A stretch of DNA of 64,000 bases from an uncultured Deferribacteres bacterium (lineage in GTDB: Bacteria > Zhuqueibacterota > Zhuqueibacteria > Zhuqueibacterales > Geothermadaptataceae), in NCBI GenBank assembly GCA_964014485.1, contig CAXHAT010000001.1, forward strand, positions 1-64,000, read 5' to 3'. Shown one piece after another: positions 19,415-28,039 of the stretch. Both the position numbers and the translations under genes were made by a program. Below the pieces are notes generated by a model. That model was not told the DNA's origin, ran no database searches, and saw only the letters and a list, made by a program, of their open reading frames with translations. The stretch's first letter is position 1. Each line of letters opens with the position of its first letter.

Positions 19415-20245
19415 TTAAAATATTCTGTACCTGATTCCCAAGCGGAATTCGCGATATTTAAGTTTAACGCCTTGCCCGTCAAGAATATCCAAATCGCCGG
19501 ATGTTCTACTCCATTCAACATTCCCTTCGCGCGGCGTTATTGTATATTCGATAGTGCGCTTTATGATTTTAGTTTCAGTGGAGATCATCTTCCACGCAGG
19601 AGTCAAGGAAAAGCGCCAAGGAAGAAGAATTTCTAATCCAACCCCAAAGGCTAATGCAAACGGCTTGTCTGTATACATTAACGAACTACCGCTGAACCTA
19701 CCGGTTTCGGGTCCGAAAATACTCCAAAAATTGAACGCTTCTCCTTCTAACGTTGTGGTTGAGCGGAGCCAATGTTTCCGTATTTCCATGACTCCGAACG
19801 GTTGGAATCTTTTTTTCAATTTAACTGGCGTGAAAGAGACTCCAAAAACTAGTCCTCGCGTTTGATTAAGGATTGAATAATCGCGCTGATCGAAGTTGTT
19901 CTCAAAATCTTGTCCGTAGATACGTTGCCACAAGAGCGGCGTGACATTTTTTTCTTTAAAGCTGCCAATCTCATAATCTGAGTATATTTTGAAGCCGTAG
20001 GGCAAGTAAAATAGAATTTTGCCGCTCCATAATACCCCTTGATGAACCTGATCTAAAAAACCATGAGCGATACGGCGGTTGGGGGCAGGGTTCGGGTCTT
20101 TGAATCCATCACCAGCAATATCCGCATATCCGCCGCTGAGTTCTACTCCAACTCCCCAGGCGCGTTCCTTGATTTGAGAAGCAAGGTGTTGCCCGGTTAA
20201 TACCTGCACCGAAAAAAGCAGCAATAAAAAGTGTGAAAATTTCAT
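19415..20245 (-). CDS. Outer-membrane beta-barrel protein, paralog B
   Basis: GGAG SD before the ATG at 20245; signal peptide; C-terminal FRLGIRYRIF. Confidence 0.8.
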   Translation of the reverse strand: MKFSHFLLLLFSVQVLTGQHLASQIKERAWGVGVELSGGYADIAGDGFKDPNPAPNRRIAHGFLDQVHQGVLWSGKILFYLPYGFKIYSDYEIGSFKEKNVTPLLWQRIYGQDFENNFDQRDYSILNQTRGLVFGVSFTPVKLKKRFQPFGVMEIRKHWLRSTTTLEGEAFNFWSIFGPETGRFSGSSLMYTDKPFALAFGVGLEILLPWRFSLTPAWKMISTETKIIKRTIEYTITPREGNVEWSRTSGDLDILDGQGVKLKYREFRLGIRYRIF

Positions 20246-20261
20246 CGTTCGTCTCCGCGAG

Positions 20262-21089
20262 CTAAAATATCCGATATCGAATACCCAGGCGGAATTCGTG
20301 ATATTTGAGTTTAACGCCTTGCCCGTCAAGAATATCCAAATCGCCGAAAGTTTTACCTATCCCTTCGTTCTCTTCATGCGGAGTGATTGTATATTCCGTC
20401 GTACGACCGATGATCTTTGTGCCCGTAGAAACAATTTGCCAAGCTGGTGCAAAAGTAAAATTCCAGGGAAGAAGAACTTCTATTCCTACACCCAAGGCCG
20501 TCGAAAATGGTTTGTTTGTGGACATTAATGAACTGCCGTTAAAACTACCGGTTTCAGGTCCAAAAATACTCCAAAAGTTAAACGCTTCTCCTTCTAACGT
20601 TGTGGTTGAGCGGAGCCATTGTTTGCGCAGTTCGCCAAAGCCGAAAGGGCGGAATCTTTGCTTAAACGTTATCGGCGCGAACGAAAGTCCCGCGACTATA
20701 GCGCGAGTGTGGTTTTGAATAGAGTAACTTTCTTGCAAGAAATTGTTCTCAAAATCCTGCCCATAAATGCGCTTCCACATCAGTAAAGATGCATTCCTTT
20801 CGCCAAAACCGCCATGCTCATAGCCTGAAAATAGATTCAAACCAAAAGGCAAATAGAAGATCATCTTTCCGCTGAACACATGACCTCGAGTGACCTGATC
20901 CAGAAACCCATAGGCGTAGCCAACTCGATCCGTTTTCAAATCCTTGAACCCGTCGTTTGCAACGTCAGCGTATCCGCCGCTGATTTCTATTCCAACTCCC
21001 CAAGTTCGATCTTTGGCTTGAGAATGTAATTTTTGCCCCGCCAGAAAACATAGTCCGAAGGACAGCAAGAAGAAATATCGAATTTTCAC
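20262..21089 (-). CDS. Outer-membrane beta-barrel protein, paralog A
   Basis: GGAGG SD before a GTG; signal peptide; C-terminal FRLGIRYRIF; colinear with paralog B. Confidence 0.8.
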   Translation of the reverse strand: MKIRYFFLLSFGLCFLAGQKLHSQAKDRTWGVGIEISGGYADVANDGFKDLKTDRVGYAYGFLDQVTRGHVFSGKMIFYLPFGLNLFSGYEHGGFGERNASLLMWKRIYGQDFENNFLQESYSIQNHTRAIVAGLSFAPITFKQRFRPFGFGELRKQWLRSTTTLEGEAFNFWSIFGPETGSFNGSSLMSTNKPFSTALGVGIEVLLPWNFTFAPAWQIVSTGTKIIGRTTEYTITPHEENEGIGKTFGDLDILDGQGVKLKYHEFRLGIRYRIF

Positions 21090-21131
21090 AATTGACCTCC
21101 GCGATCAATGATCTTATCATTTGAGTAAACA

Positions 21132-21167
21132 GCGGCCAACCGCAAATTTAATTTTGCAGTTGGCCGC
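21132..21167 (-). terminator. Hairpin/terminator downstream of the FN3 lipoprotein
   Basis: gcggccaac...gttggccgc stem followed by tgttt on the minus strand. Confidence 0.55.
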
Positions 21168-21200
21168 GACAAGTTAAAGACGATTTAGGAGCGTCTGTTT

Positions 21201-22615
21201 TTACTGCGGGTTAATATTTGTCGGGAACGATCGTAATCGGAGGATCGCCGATAATATCCGGCGTATCGCGCCATCCAGGTCATAATAGTGCGTCGCCGAC
21301 TGGCCGCTTGTGCCGCCGTTTGGGCCGAGAGAACGAACATAGTAAGCAACGTAAGGATTGCGCAGCCACGCCGTCCCCTGATAACCGGTGACATCCGCAA
21401 GAGCGTCGGTGTAGTTGGTCGAAGTTGTTGTCGCATAGGAGAGCCAGTTGCTGCCGTCGGTGTGTTTGAAGATTTCATAACTCGTCGCGCCGGCCGCCGC
21501 GGACCAGGTCAATTTGGGATTGCTGCTCTGAATCGATCCGGAAACTGAGGGCGTCGCCGGATTGACTGTATGTGTGCGCACGTTCGACCAGGCGCTTGAG
21601 CCCGCCTCATTTGAAGCGCGCACCCGCCAGTAATACTGCGTGCCGGCCGCATGTCCCGTGATATGTTTCGAGGTGCCGCTCAAACCGGACTGATCATAAA
21701 ATGGGCTGGAAAAGTTGCTGTTATTGTCCACTTGCAGTTGGTAAGTAATGGTTCCGGTACCGCTGGAGGCGCTCCAGGAATAGGTGACGGAGGAAAAGGT
21801 CAGAGCGTTATTCGACGGCGAACTCAAATTGGGAGTGGTGGGAGTTTGCAACTGGTCGATGATGTGTTGATATGTTGCTTTTATTTGTTGCGCAGGATGC
21901 CAAAACCCCGAGTTATCATCTTGAATCTCAGTGAATGTATTTTTGTCGTTTGAATCGTCGGTGCCGGAAGGCCAAGCGAATCGTGTCCATTCCCATGGCC
22001 CCACCCAGTCGATTGTATGAATTTCGCCTGTCTGACTGTCAATTTCAGTACCTTCATAGAATACGGCTTGTCTTGGCAAGTCGGTCACGTATTGTCGTTC
22101 GATATTCCAAGTACCATTAGATTGTTGGTTCCCCGGTATATACCATGTGTCTCGCAAGCCTTCGATAGAGTAAATTCGGGCAATTGCTTTTGTATATGTA
22201 TGAATGGAATTGTCGTCGTCTTCATTTCTCGTTTTTACAAGAGTCTTAAACTTTTCTCCGTTCAGTTGCTGGCCTTTAATCCATATGCTGTCTGTCTTGA
22301 TGTAACGATAAACATCGTAAACCTCAGCGTTGTAGTAGGCGACGCGAACGCTGGTTTCATTACGCTCAAAGTCGAGCACGCCGTATGCAAACCAACCGGA
22401 AGTGTCGATGGGAACGGCGTTTCTAGCCGCTGAGAGTATAGCCAGCGTTTCTTCGCTGAGGGTAACGGCCGGTGCGGTTTCGGTTTTTTCTTGCTGTAAA
22501 CGCATAGCCGCCTCGTCAGGCTGTTGGAGCGGAGATTGACAGCCGAACATGAGCGCCGTCAAAAGGAAAAAATATGCGATGCGCGGGGGGGGGGGGAGAA
22601 AAATAATGCTTTCAT
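21201..22615 (-). CDS. FN3-domain lipoprotein, frameshifted at a poly-C tract relative to the SD-linked ATG
   Basis: Lipobox-like LMFG-C; FN3 motifs YQLQV, YYWRVRA.N..GSSAWS; ATG at 22615 after GAGGTG. Confidence 0.75.
22585..22596. repeat. G12/C12 homopolymer in the signal-peptide coding region
   Basis: 12 consecutive G on the + strand; the longest G/C run noticed in the window. Confidence 0.95.
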
Positions 22616-22886
22616 GGTAAATCACCTCAAAAATGAATGTTTTGAATGACTAAAACGACAACATCCCTTTTGTACGTAGTCTGATCGTGTTTCAGCAAAC
22701 GCAACACTCATCGTGCATTTTTAAAACCCCGGCCCGAATCGCGGACGGCAATTTACAGCCTGTCCGCGATTCGGGCCTGAAGTTTCATACAGAGCAAAAA
22801 AGAATAACACCCCATGGCTCTTCTCTCTGATTATACAGTTTCAAAATCAATTCCCGCCAAAAGCTGCGCCCCTATGTTGGCGGGCA

Positions 22887-22915
22887 ATAATAGTTTTAAA
22901 AAATCGTGAAGTCAA
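22887..22915 (-). promoter_or_regulatory. Putative sigma70 promoter of the surface island
   Basis: TTGACT-17 nt-TATTAT on the minus strand, about 270 nt upstream of the ATG. Confidence 0.55.
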
Positions 22916-22988
22916 GAAGTAATTTATGTTTTCCGACAACTTCTTTCAATGCAGCGAAACGAATGCAGGGGCATATGGCCATACGCTC

Positions 22989-24200
22989 CTATCGATCTGT
23001 CTTTCCATAATAACCCGCCAAAATAATTGAGCACGAAACAATCCCCGCAAATGCGACCGGTGTGAGCCCCCAAACGTCAACCAACAGACCCAAAACAGGC
23101 GCTAAAAGCATGGTCACAAATGAGCGCGATTGCGATTCGATTGAAAGAATCGTCGCGCCTTTTTCCGGCGGAGCGTGGTCATCAAAACGGCTGACAATGA
23201 TAGGTCGCCAGAAATTTTGCAAAATGTTTATGGCGATAAATCCAACCACTGCCAGGAAAAGCCACCCAAAACCCAAGCCTGCCAACATCAGCAAAAACAC
23301 GGCGAGATAAAATTGCCACAGCCATTTTGAAGCATGAATCACGTTATCTCTAAGATTCAAGAGTCGGTGCGCTTGACGCGAGGCTGTCGCTGAAGCGATG
23401 TAAAGCGCAAAATACACTCCCCCAACAAGCAAGGCTGTACGTTTTTCGCCGGGCAGGCTCATTAAAAAAGGCAAGGCCAGTGCGGCGCCTTGAAGAACCG
23501 GCTGTAAATAATCCTTAACGGTTTTGAAGACGCCTTCAAATGCCATCGCTTCAATGGTCAAGCGTCGCAAGTTCGTGCTGCGCCAGGTTAATTTCAGGCC
23601 ATCGATGAAATGCGCGCCGACCTTGCGGATTGAAATATCCGCTTGTTTTTCGCCGTCCAAATAGTTTGGGTAATGCCAGAAATTCCAGATCGCGACAAGG
23701 TAGGGCGGGATTGAGTACAAAAAAATGTCGCCGTATTCTCCCGAATAGAAAACCAGTCCGGACGCGATAAACACGGAAACCGCCGACCCTTTTTTAGACC
23801 AGGATCGCGTAAAACCATAAATTTTAGTCTTTTCACTTTCCCGCCCCTCGCGCTTCAGCCAGTCGAAAATCATCGCTTTGTGCGTGCCGGTTCGGAAGCT
23901 GTCGCCAATGGCAAAAAAAAGCATGGCGAGGCATAACAATGCAACGGAATTGCTGAGCGCAAAAATAATGAAAGAAACGATGTAGTTCAGAAATGAAAAC
24001 ATCATGGCGCGTCGGCGGCCGTATAAATCCGCAGCGGCGCCGCTGGGAATTTCAAAAAGGTTGATGCAGATTTCCCGAAAACCGATAAGCAGGCCAATTT
24101 CAAAAAAACTTAGCCCTTTTTCGAGAAAAACAAGAATAAGGAAGGGTTCAAAATAGCGCTGATTTTTTAGGAAGCCGTAAAGACTAAATCGGGTGAGCAA
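22989..24200 (-). CDS. MFS transporter
   Basis: EIPSG..AD.YGRR motif A, SFRTGT; about 12 TM. Confidence 0.92.
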   Translation of the reverse strand: MLTRFSLYGFLKNQRYFEPFLILVFLEKGLSFFEIGLLIGFREICINLFEIPSGAAADLYGRRRAMMFSFLNYIVSFIIFALSNSVALLCLAMLFFAIGDSFRTGTHKAMIFDWLKREGRESEKTKIYGFTRSWSKKGSAVSVFIASGLVFYSGEYGDIFLYSIPPYLVAIWNFWHYPNYLDGEKQADISIRKVGAHFIDGLKLTWRSTNLRRLTIEAMAFEGVFKTVKDYLQPVLQGAALALPFLMSLPGEKRTALLVGGVYFALYIASATASRQAHRLLNLRDNVIHASKWLWQFYLAVFLLMLAGLGFGWLFLAVVGFIAINILQNFWRPIIVSRFDDHAPPEKGATILSIESQSRSFVTMLLAPVLGLLVDVWGLTPVAFAGIVSCSIILAGYYGKTDR

Positions 24201-24269
24201 TTTAACCTGTTTGGGTTAAAGTTAATTCGGTAAAATTGGCGCTTCGCTTTTCCAGTAAGGCGCTCCAGG

Positions 24270-25112
24270 TCAAAAGTTTGCCGATGGATAAGATCCAAGA
24301 TACTGCACAAATTCTGTTATTTCTTCGAGATGTCGCAACGCATTTTGTATTGCATCATCACGACGATCTCCTTCAAAATCGAGAGTAAAAATATATTGGA
24401 AAGGTTTCCCGTGCAGTGGCCGCGATTCGATTTTGAGCAAATTAATGTCGCGCAACGCAAAGATAGCAAGCGATTTGAACAACGCCCCGGGAATGTCTCT
24501 TGTCGCAAAAACGATAGATGATTTTTGCGGCGCATTTGGTTCCGTTTCAACCCCAAGCGCCGTACATTCGGGATTTTTTATGACCAGAAAACGCGTGAAG
24601 TTTTCGTGATTGCTCTCAATATTCTTCTCAAGAATGGTCAAATTGTATTCGATGGCGGCGCGTTCACTTGCAATGGCGGCTACGCCCGACTTGCGGGTCT
24701 GCGCGATTCGCTTTGCACTGCCCGCGGTATCATAAGTCGGCACAGTTTCAACGTCCAGTTTTTCCAGAAAATCGCGGCATTGGGACAGGGCTTGCGGGTG
24801 GGAGTAGACTTTCTGTATATCCCCAATGTTCACGTCCGAAGCGGCGAGAAGCGTATGCGAAATACGCAGAATGGTCTCGCCGACAATCTGCGCCTTGAAG
24901 CGCAGCAGCAAGTCATAGTTTTCGTGAATGCTGCCCGCAAGCGAATTTTCGATGGGGGCGACGGCAAAATCAGCACGATCTTCAAAAATGGATTTAAACA
25001 GCGCGGTGAATGTGGCGCACGGAACAAGCTCAATATTCTCGCCAAAAAATTGAATCGCCGCCTGCTCGCTGTAGGCGCCGATCTCCCCTTGAAAGGCGAT
25101 TCTTTTTGTCAT
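24270..25112 (-). CDS. pheA: Prephenate dehydratase
   Basis: FQGEIGAYSE, PIENS, SHPQAL.QC, NFTRF and KIESRP (ACT domain) motifs. Confidence 0.96.
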   Translation of the reverse strand: MTKRIAFQGEIGAYSEQAAIQFFGENIELVPCATFTALFKSIFEDRADFAVAPIENSLAGSIHENYDLLLRFKAQIVGETILRISHTLLAASDVNIGDIQKVYSHPQALSQCRDFLEKLDVETVPTYDTAGSAKRIAQTRKSGVAAIASERAAIEYNLTILEKNIESNHENFTRFLVIKNPECTALGVETEPNAPQKSSIVFATRDIPGALFKSLAIFALRDINLLKIESRPLHGKPFQYIFTLDFEGDRRDDAIQNALRHLEEITEFVQYLGSYPSANF

Positions 25113-25145
25113 CGATGTTTCTCGCGAAGTTGTTAAATGAATCGC

Positions 25146-25427
25146 CTAAGATTTCTGGACGATTGACATGAGAAGCCCGCGCAAAGCGAAGGCAAAGAGT
25201 GCAAAAAGCAGGTAGGAAACGTCAAAATGTTCCGGCAAAAAGTTGCGGATCAGCGCATTCCAGCAGAGCAGAGCGAGCAGCACCCACATAATTTGCAAAA
25301 TGGAGCGACGGATATTCTGCGGCAACCGCCTCTTTACCAAAAAAACGCGATACCAGCGTGAAAAGAAATCGACGGCAACCAAAACAATCAACGTCCCCGA
25401 AAGCGTTATGAATAAACTGTTTCCCAC
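25146..25427 (-). CDS. Small membrane protein (3 TM)
   Basis: GGAGG SD before the GTG at 25427; hydrophobic helices. Confidence 0.6.
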   Translation of the reverse strand: MGNSLFITLSGTLIVLVAVDFFSRWYRVFLVKRRLPQNIRRSILQIMWVLLALLCWNALIRNFLPEHFDVSYLLFALFAFALRGLLMSIVQKS

Positions 25428-25482
25428 AAGACCCTCCGAAGCGCCCGTCTCCCGAAAATAAAACGGGCGTATTTTTAGTGTT

Positions 25483-26478
25483 TCATGGACAAGCGCGCGG
25501 CAAGTCAATGTCCAGCATTGTGCGCAAGCCAGCCTTCGCGTTTGCGATGCGCGCCGCGGTGTTCACAACGGCTGCGACGGTCGCAATATCTCCCTTAACG
25601 CCGGTTTCAATACGCGTCACGATTGGCGGGGTTCCCTCGACCCAAACCATGTCATGCTCGTCTTCCGCGCCGACGTACATTCGCAGTTCAAGCTCAATGA
25701 TCTTTTTGCCGTTTTTGAATGCAACGCATGTGTGACAAACGCCGGCCGCATGGCCAATTTTCAAATCAACAAAAGGTGTTTTGACATCTTTTTTAGAAAT
25801 GACCGGCAACACTTTTTCTTCGATTTCATCAGGCTGCCAGCCTAGCCCGTCAGCGATAGATAAAAGCGATTCGAGCAACCCAATATGCCCGAGCTTGCCT
25901 TCATCAACCAACTGCAAGAAGCGCTCTTCCGTCAATCCGGCGCCGACTTTTCGTTGCAATGGTCCGCGTCGAATCCCGGCGTTGGAAACGCGCAGCGCCC
26001 TGATACTTTTAACTTCTGTACAGACAGCCGTCATGAAGAGCGGGAAGACGTCTAATACGAACCCTGGATTGACGCCGGTTCCGATTACCACAACATTTTT
26101 GGCCCTTGCCGCAGCATCGATTCGCTCGCAAAATTCAGCATCGCGATAGTATGGATAAAACAGTTCTTCATTCGAGGAAACGACATGGACGCCGGCATTG
26201 ATGCAAGTCATCAGTTGATCTTCGATGCGATCCAAAAAGGAAGACGTTGTGTGTAAAACCACGTCGGGTTTTAAACGATCCAAAACGGCGGCGTCATTTT
26301 CAACCTTGACTCCAAGCGTCTCCGGCACTTCTAAAACTTCACCCGCGTCCTTTCCGACAATATTCTCGTCAATATCAATGGCGCCGACAAGTTCCATCCC
26401 TTGTTTCTTCAAAACCAACCGAGCCGTCTCGCGGCCAATCGGGCCCAAACCGAATTGTACGATTCTCAAAGTTTTCAC
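25483..26478 (-). CDS. DapB-like NAD(P)-dependent dehydrogenase (2,4-diaminopentanoate dehydrogenase-like family)
   Basis: G.GPIG Rossmann motif; S.EEL.YP, GTGVNPGF and GDIAT motifs. Confidence 0.8.
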   Translation of the reverse strand: MKTLRIVQFGLGPIGRETARLVLKKQGMELVGAIDIDENIVGKDAGEVLEVPETLGVKVENDAAVLDRLKPDVVLHTTSSFLDRIEDQLMTCINAGVHVVSSNEELFYPYYRDAEFCERIDAAARAKNVVVIGTGVNPGFVLDVFPLFMTAVCTEVKSIRALRVSNAGIRRGPLQRKVGAGLTEERFLQLVDEGKLGHIGLLESLLSIADGLGWQPDEIEEKVLPVISKKDVKTPFVDLKIGHAAGVCHTCVAFKNGKKIIELELRMYVGAEDEHDMVWVEGTPPIVTRIETGVKGDIATVAAVVNTAARIANAKAGLRTMLDIDLPRACP

Positions 26479-26597
26479 GTTTGCCGTCCTTCCTGAATTT
26501 TACTTCGCTGAGTAGAGTGCTTCAAGGCACTCGAAACGCCTGTTTGGAAAAGGTGACGATATAACGGAATGCCAGAAAAAAGTGCAAGTGATAATGA

Positions 26598-27971
26598 TCA
26601 TTTGGAGGCGATTCGATGTAGTAATTTGCAGTAGGCCTTTTGTCCTAAATCGAAACTTGAGAGACGAAAGAATTCGTTTGGCGAATGCTGCTTTTCGTCG
26701 TCGAGGGCGAAAGCAAAATTGACCGTGTAAACGCCCAGCTCTTTCAAAAAAATGCCGGTCACCGGAATAGTGCCGCCGCTGCGCGTATAATAAGGTTCGC
26801 GGACGTAAAGCTCGGTCAAAACTTCGAACGCGGCTTGATTTCCAGGGTGATCCGCCGGCATAAGGTAAGGATCGCCGGCAGAATTTTCCGGTTTAAAAGT
26901 CGCGGTTACACCCGGCGGTAAGTTTTCTCGGATGTGTTTAATAAGCAGTTCAATAATTTGTTGCGGGTTTTGATCAGCGACAAGGCGGCAGGAGATTTTT
27001 GCATGAGCTTCATTCGGCAAAACCGTTTTCACGCCCTCGCCCTGGAAGCCGCCCCACATACCGTTAATTTCAAGCGTCGGGCGCGCCCATGTCCGCTCGA
27101 TGGTCGAATAACCAGCTTCGCCAAACAATGCGTTAACGCCGAGCGATTCTTTGTACACCGCTTCATCGAACGGCACGTCGGCAATGTGTTTGCGATCTTC
27201 GTCCGACAGAGCCGCGACGTTGTCGTAAAATCCGTCCACAAGAATTTTTCCGCCGAGGCTTTTTATGGAAGCCAAAACATGCGCGAGGGCGAAAAGCGGA
27301 TTCTGCACCGCGCCGCCGTGCATCCCGGAGTGCAAGTCGGCGTTCGCGCCTTTAAGAGACACTTCCAATGCGCAAAGCCCTTTCATACCGATGAAAATAT
27401 TACCTTCCGTCTCTGAAAATTGCCCGCCGTCAGCGCTAATCACATAATCACAATGCAGTAGTTCGCGATGCGTTGCAACGAATTTTGGCAGATCCGGACT
27501 GCCGATCTCTTCCTGGCCTTCGAAGAAAAACTTGAGATTGATCGGTGCGCCGTCTTCAGTTTGACGCAATGCTTCAAAAGCGAAAATCGGCAAAAGCATA
27601 TTGCCCTTGTCGTCGTTGGCGCCGCGCGCATAAATACGCCCGTCGCGAATGTTAGCTTCAAACGGAGGAGTCTCCCACAATTCAAACGGATCGGCGGGCT
27701 GAACGTCAAAGTGGCCGTAGATCAAGATGGTTGGCTTATCGTTTCCGGCGTGCAGCCAGTCGCCGTAAATCACGGGATGGCCATCGGTTGGCAGCATTTT
27801 TACATTTTCGATTCCCGCTTGCCGCATACGCTCCGCCGCCCAATTCCCGGCTTTTTCAACGTCATCCTTGTGCTTCGGCAGCGCCGAAACGCTTTCGATG
27901 CGCAGAAAATCCTTGAGTTCATCAAGAAAACGACCCCGGTTTTCAGCAAGATAATTTTGCCATGCGGACAT
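26598..27971 (-). CDS. M20 family dipeptidase
   Basis: YGHFDVQP, RGANDDKG, EE.GS, DLHSG and HSPNE motifs. Confidence 0.93.
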   Translation of the reverse strand: MSAWQNYLAENRGRFLDELKDFLRIESVSALPKHKDDVEKAGNWAAERMRQAGIENVKMLPTDGHPVIYGDWLHAGNDKPTILIYGHFDVQPADPFELWETPPFEANIRDGRIYARGANDDKGNMLLPIFAFEALRQTEDGAPINLKFFFEGQEEIGSPDLPKFVATHRELLHCDYVISADGGQFSETEGNIFIGMKGLCALEVSLKGANADLHSGMHGGAVQNPLFALAHVLASIKSLGGKILVDGFYDNVAALSDEDRKHIADVPFDEAVYKESLGVNALFGEAGYSTIERTWARPTLEINGMWGGFQGEGVKTVLPNEAHAKISCRLVADQNPQQIIELLIKHIRENLPPGVTATFKPENSAGDPYLMPADHPGNQAAFEVLTELYVREPYYTRSGGTIPVTGIFLKELGVYTVNFAFALDDEKQHSPNEFFRLSSFDLGQKAYCKLLHRIASK

Positions 27972-28039
27972 TTTGAATCGACTCCGAGCCAGCTCTAACT
28001 TTTCAATTTTTTGATTATTTAAGCACTCTCAGCCAAGCA

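Noticed and set aside
19415..21089. DGR template/variable repeat pair
   Set aside because: Differences are not adenine-specific, both copies are full genes, and no reverse transcriptase is present
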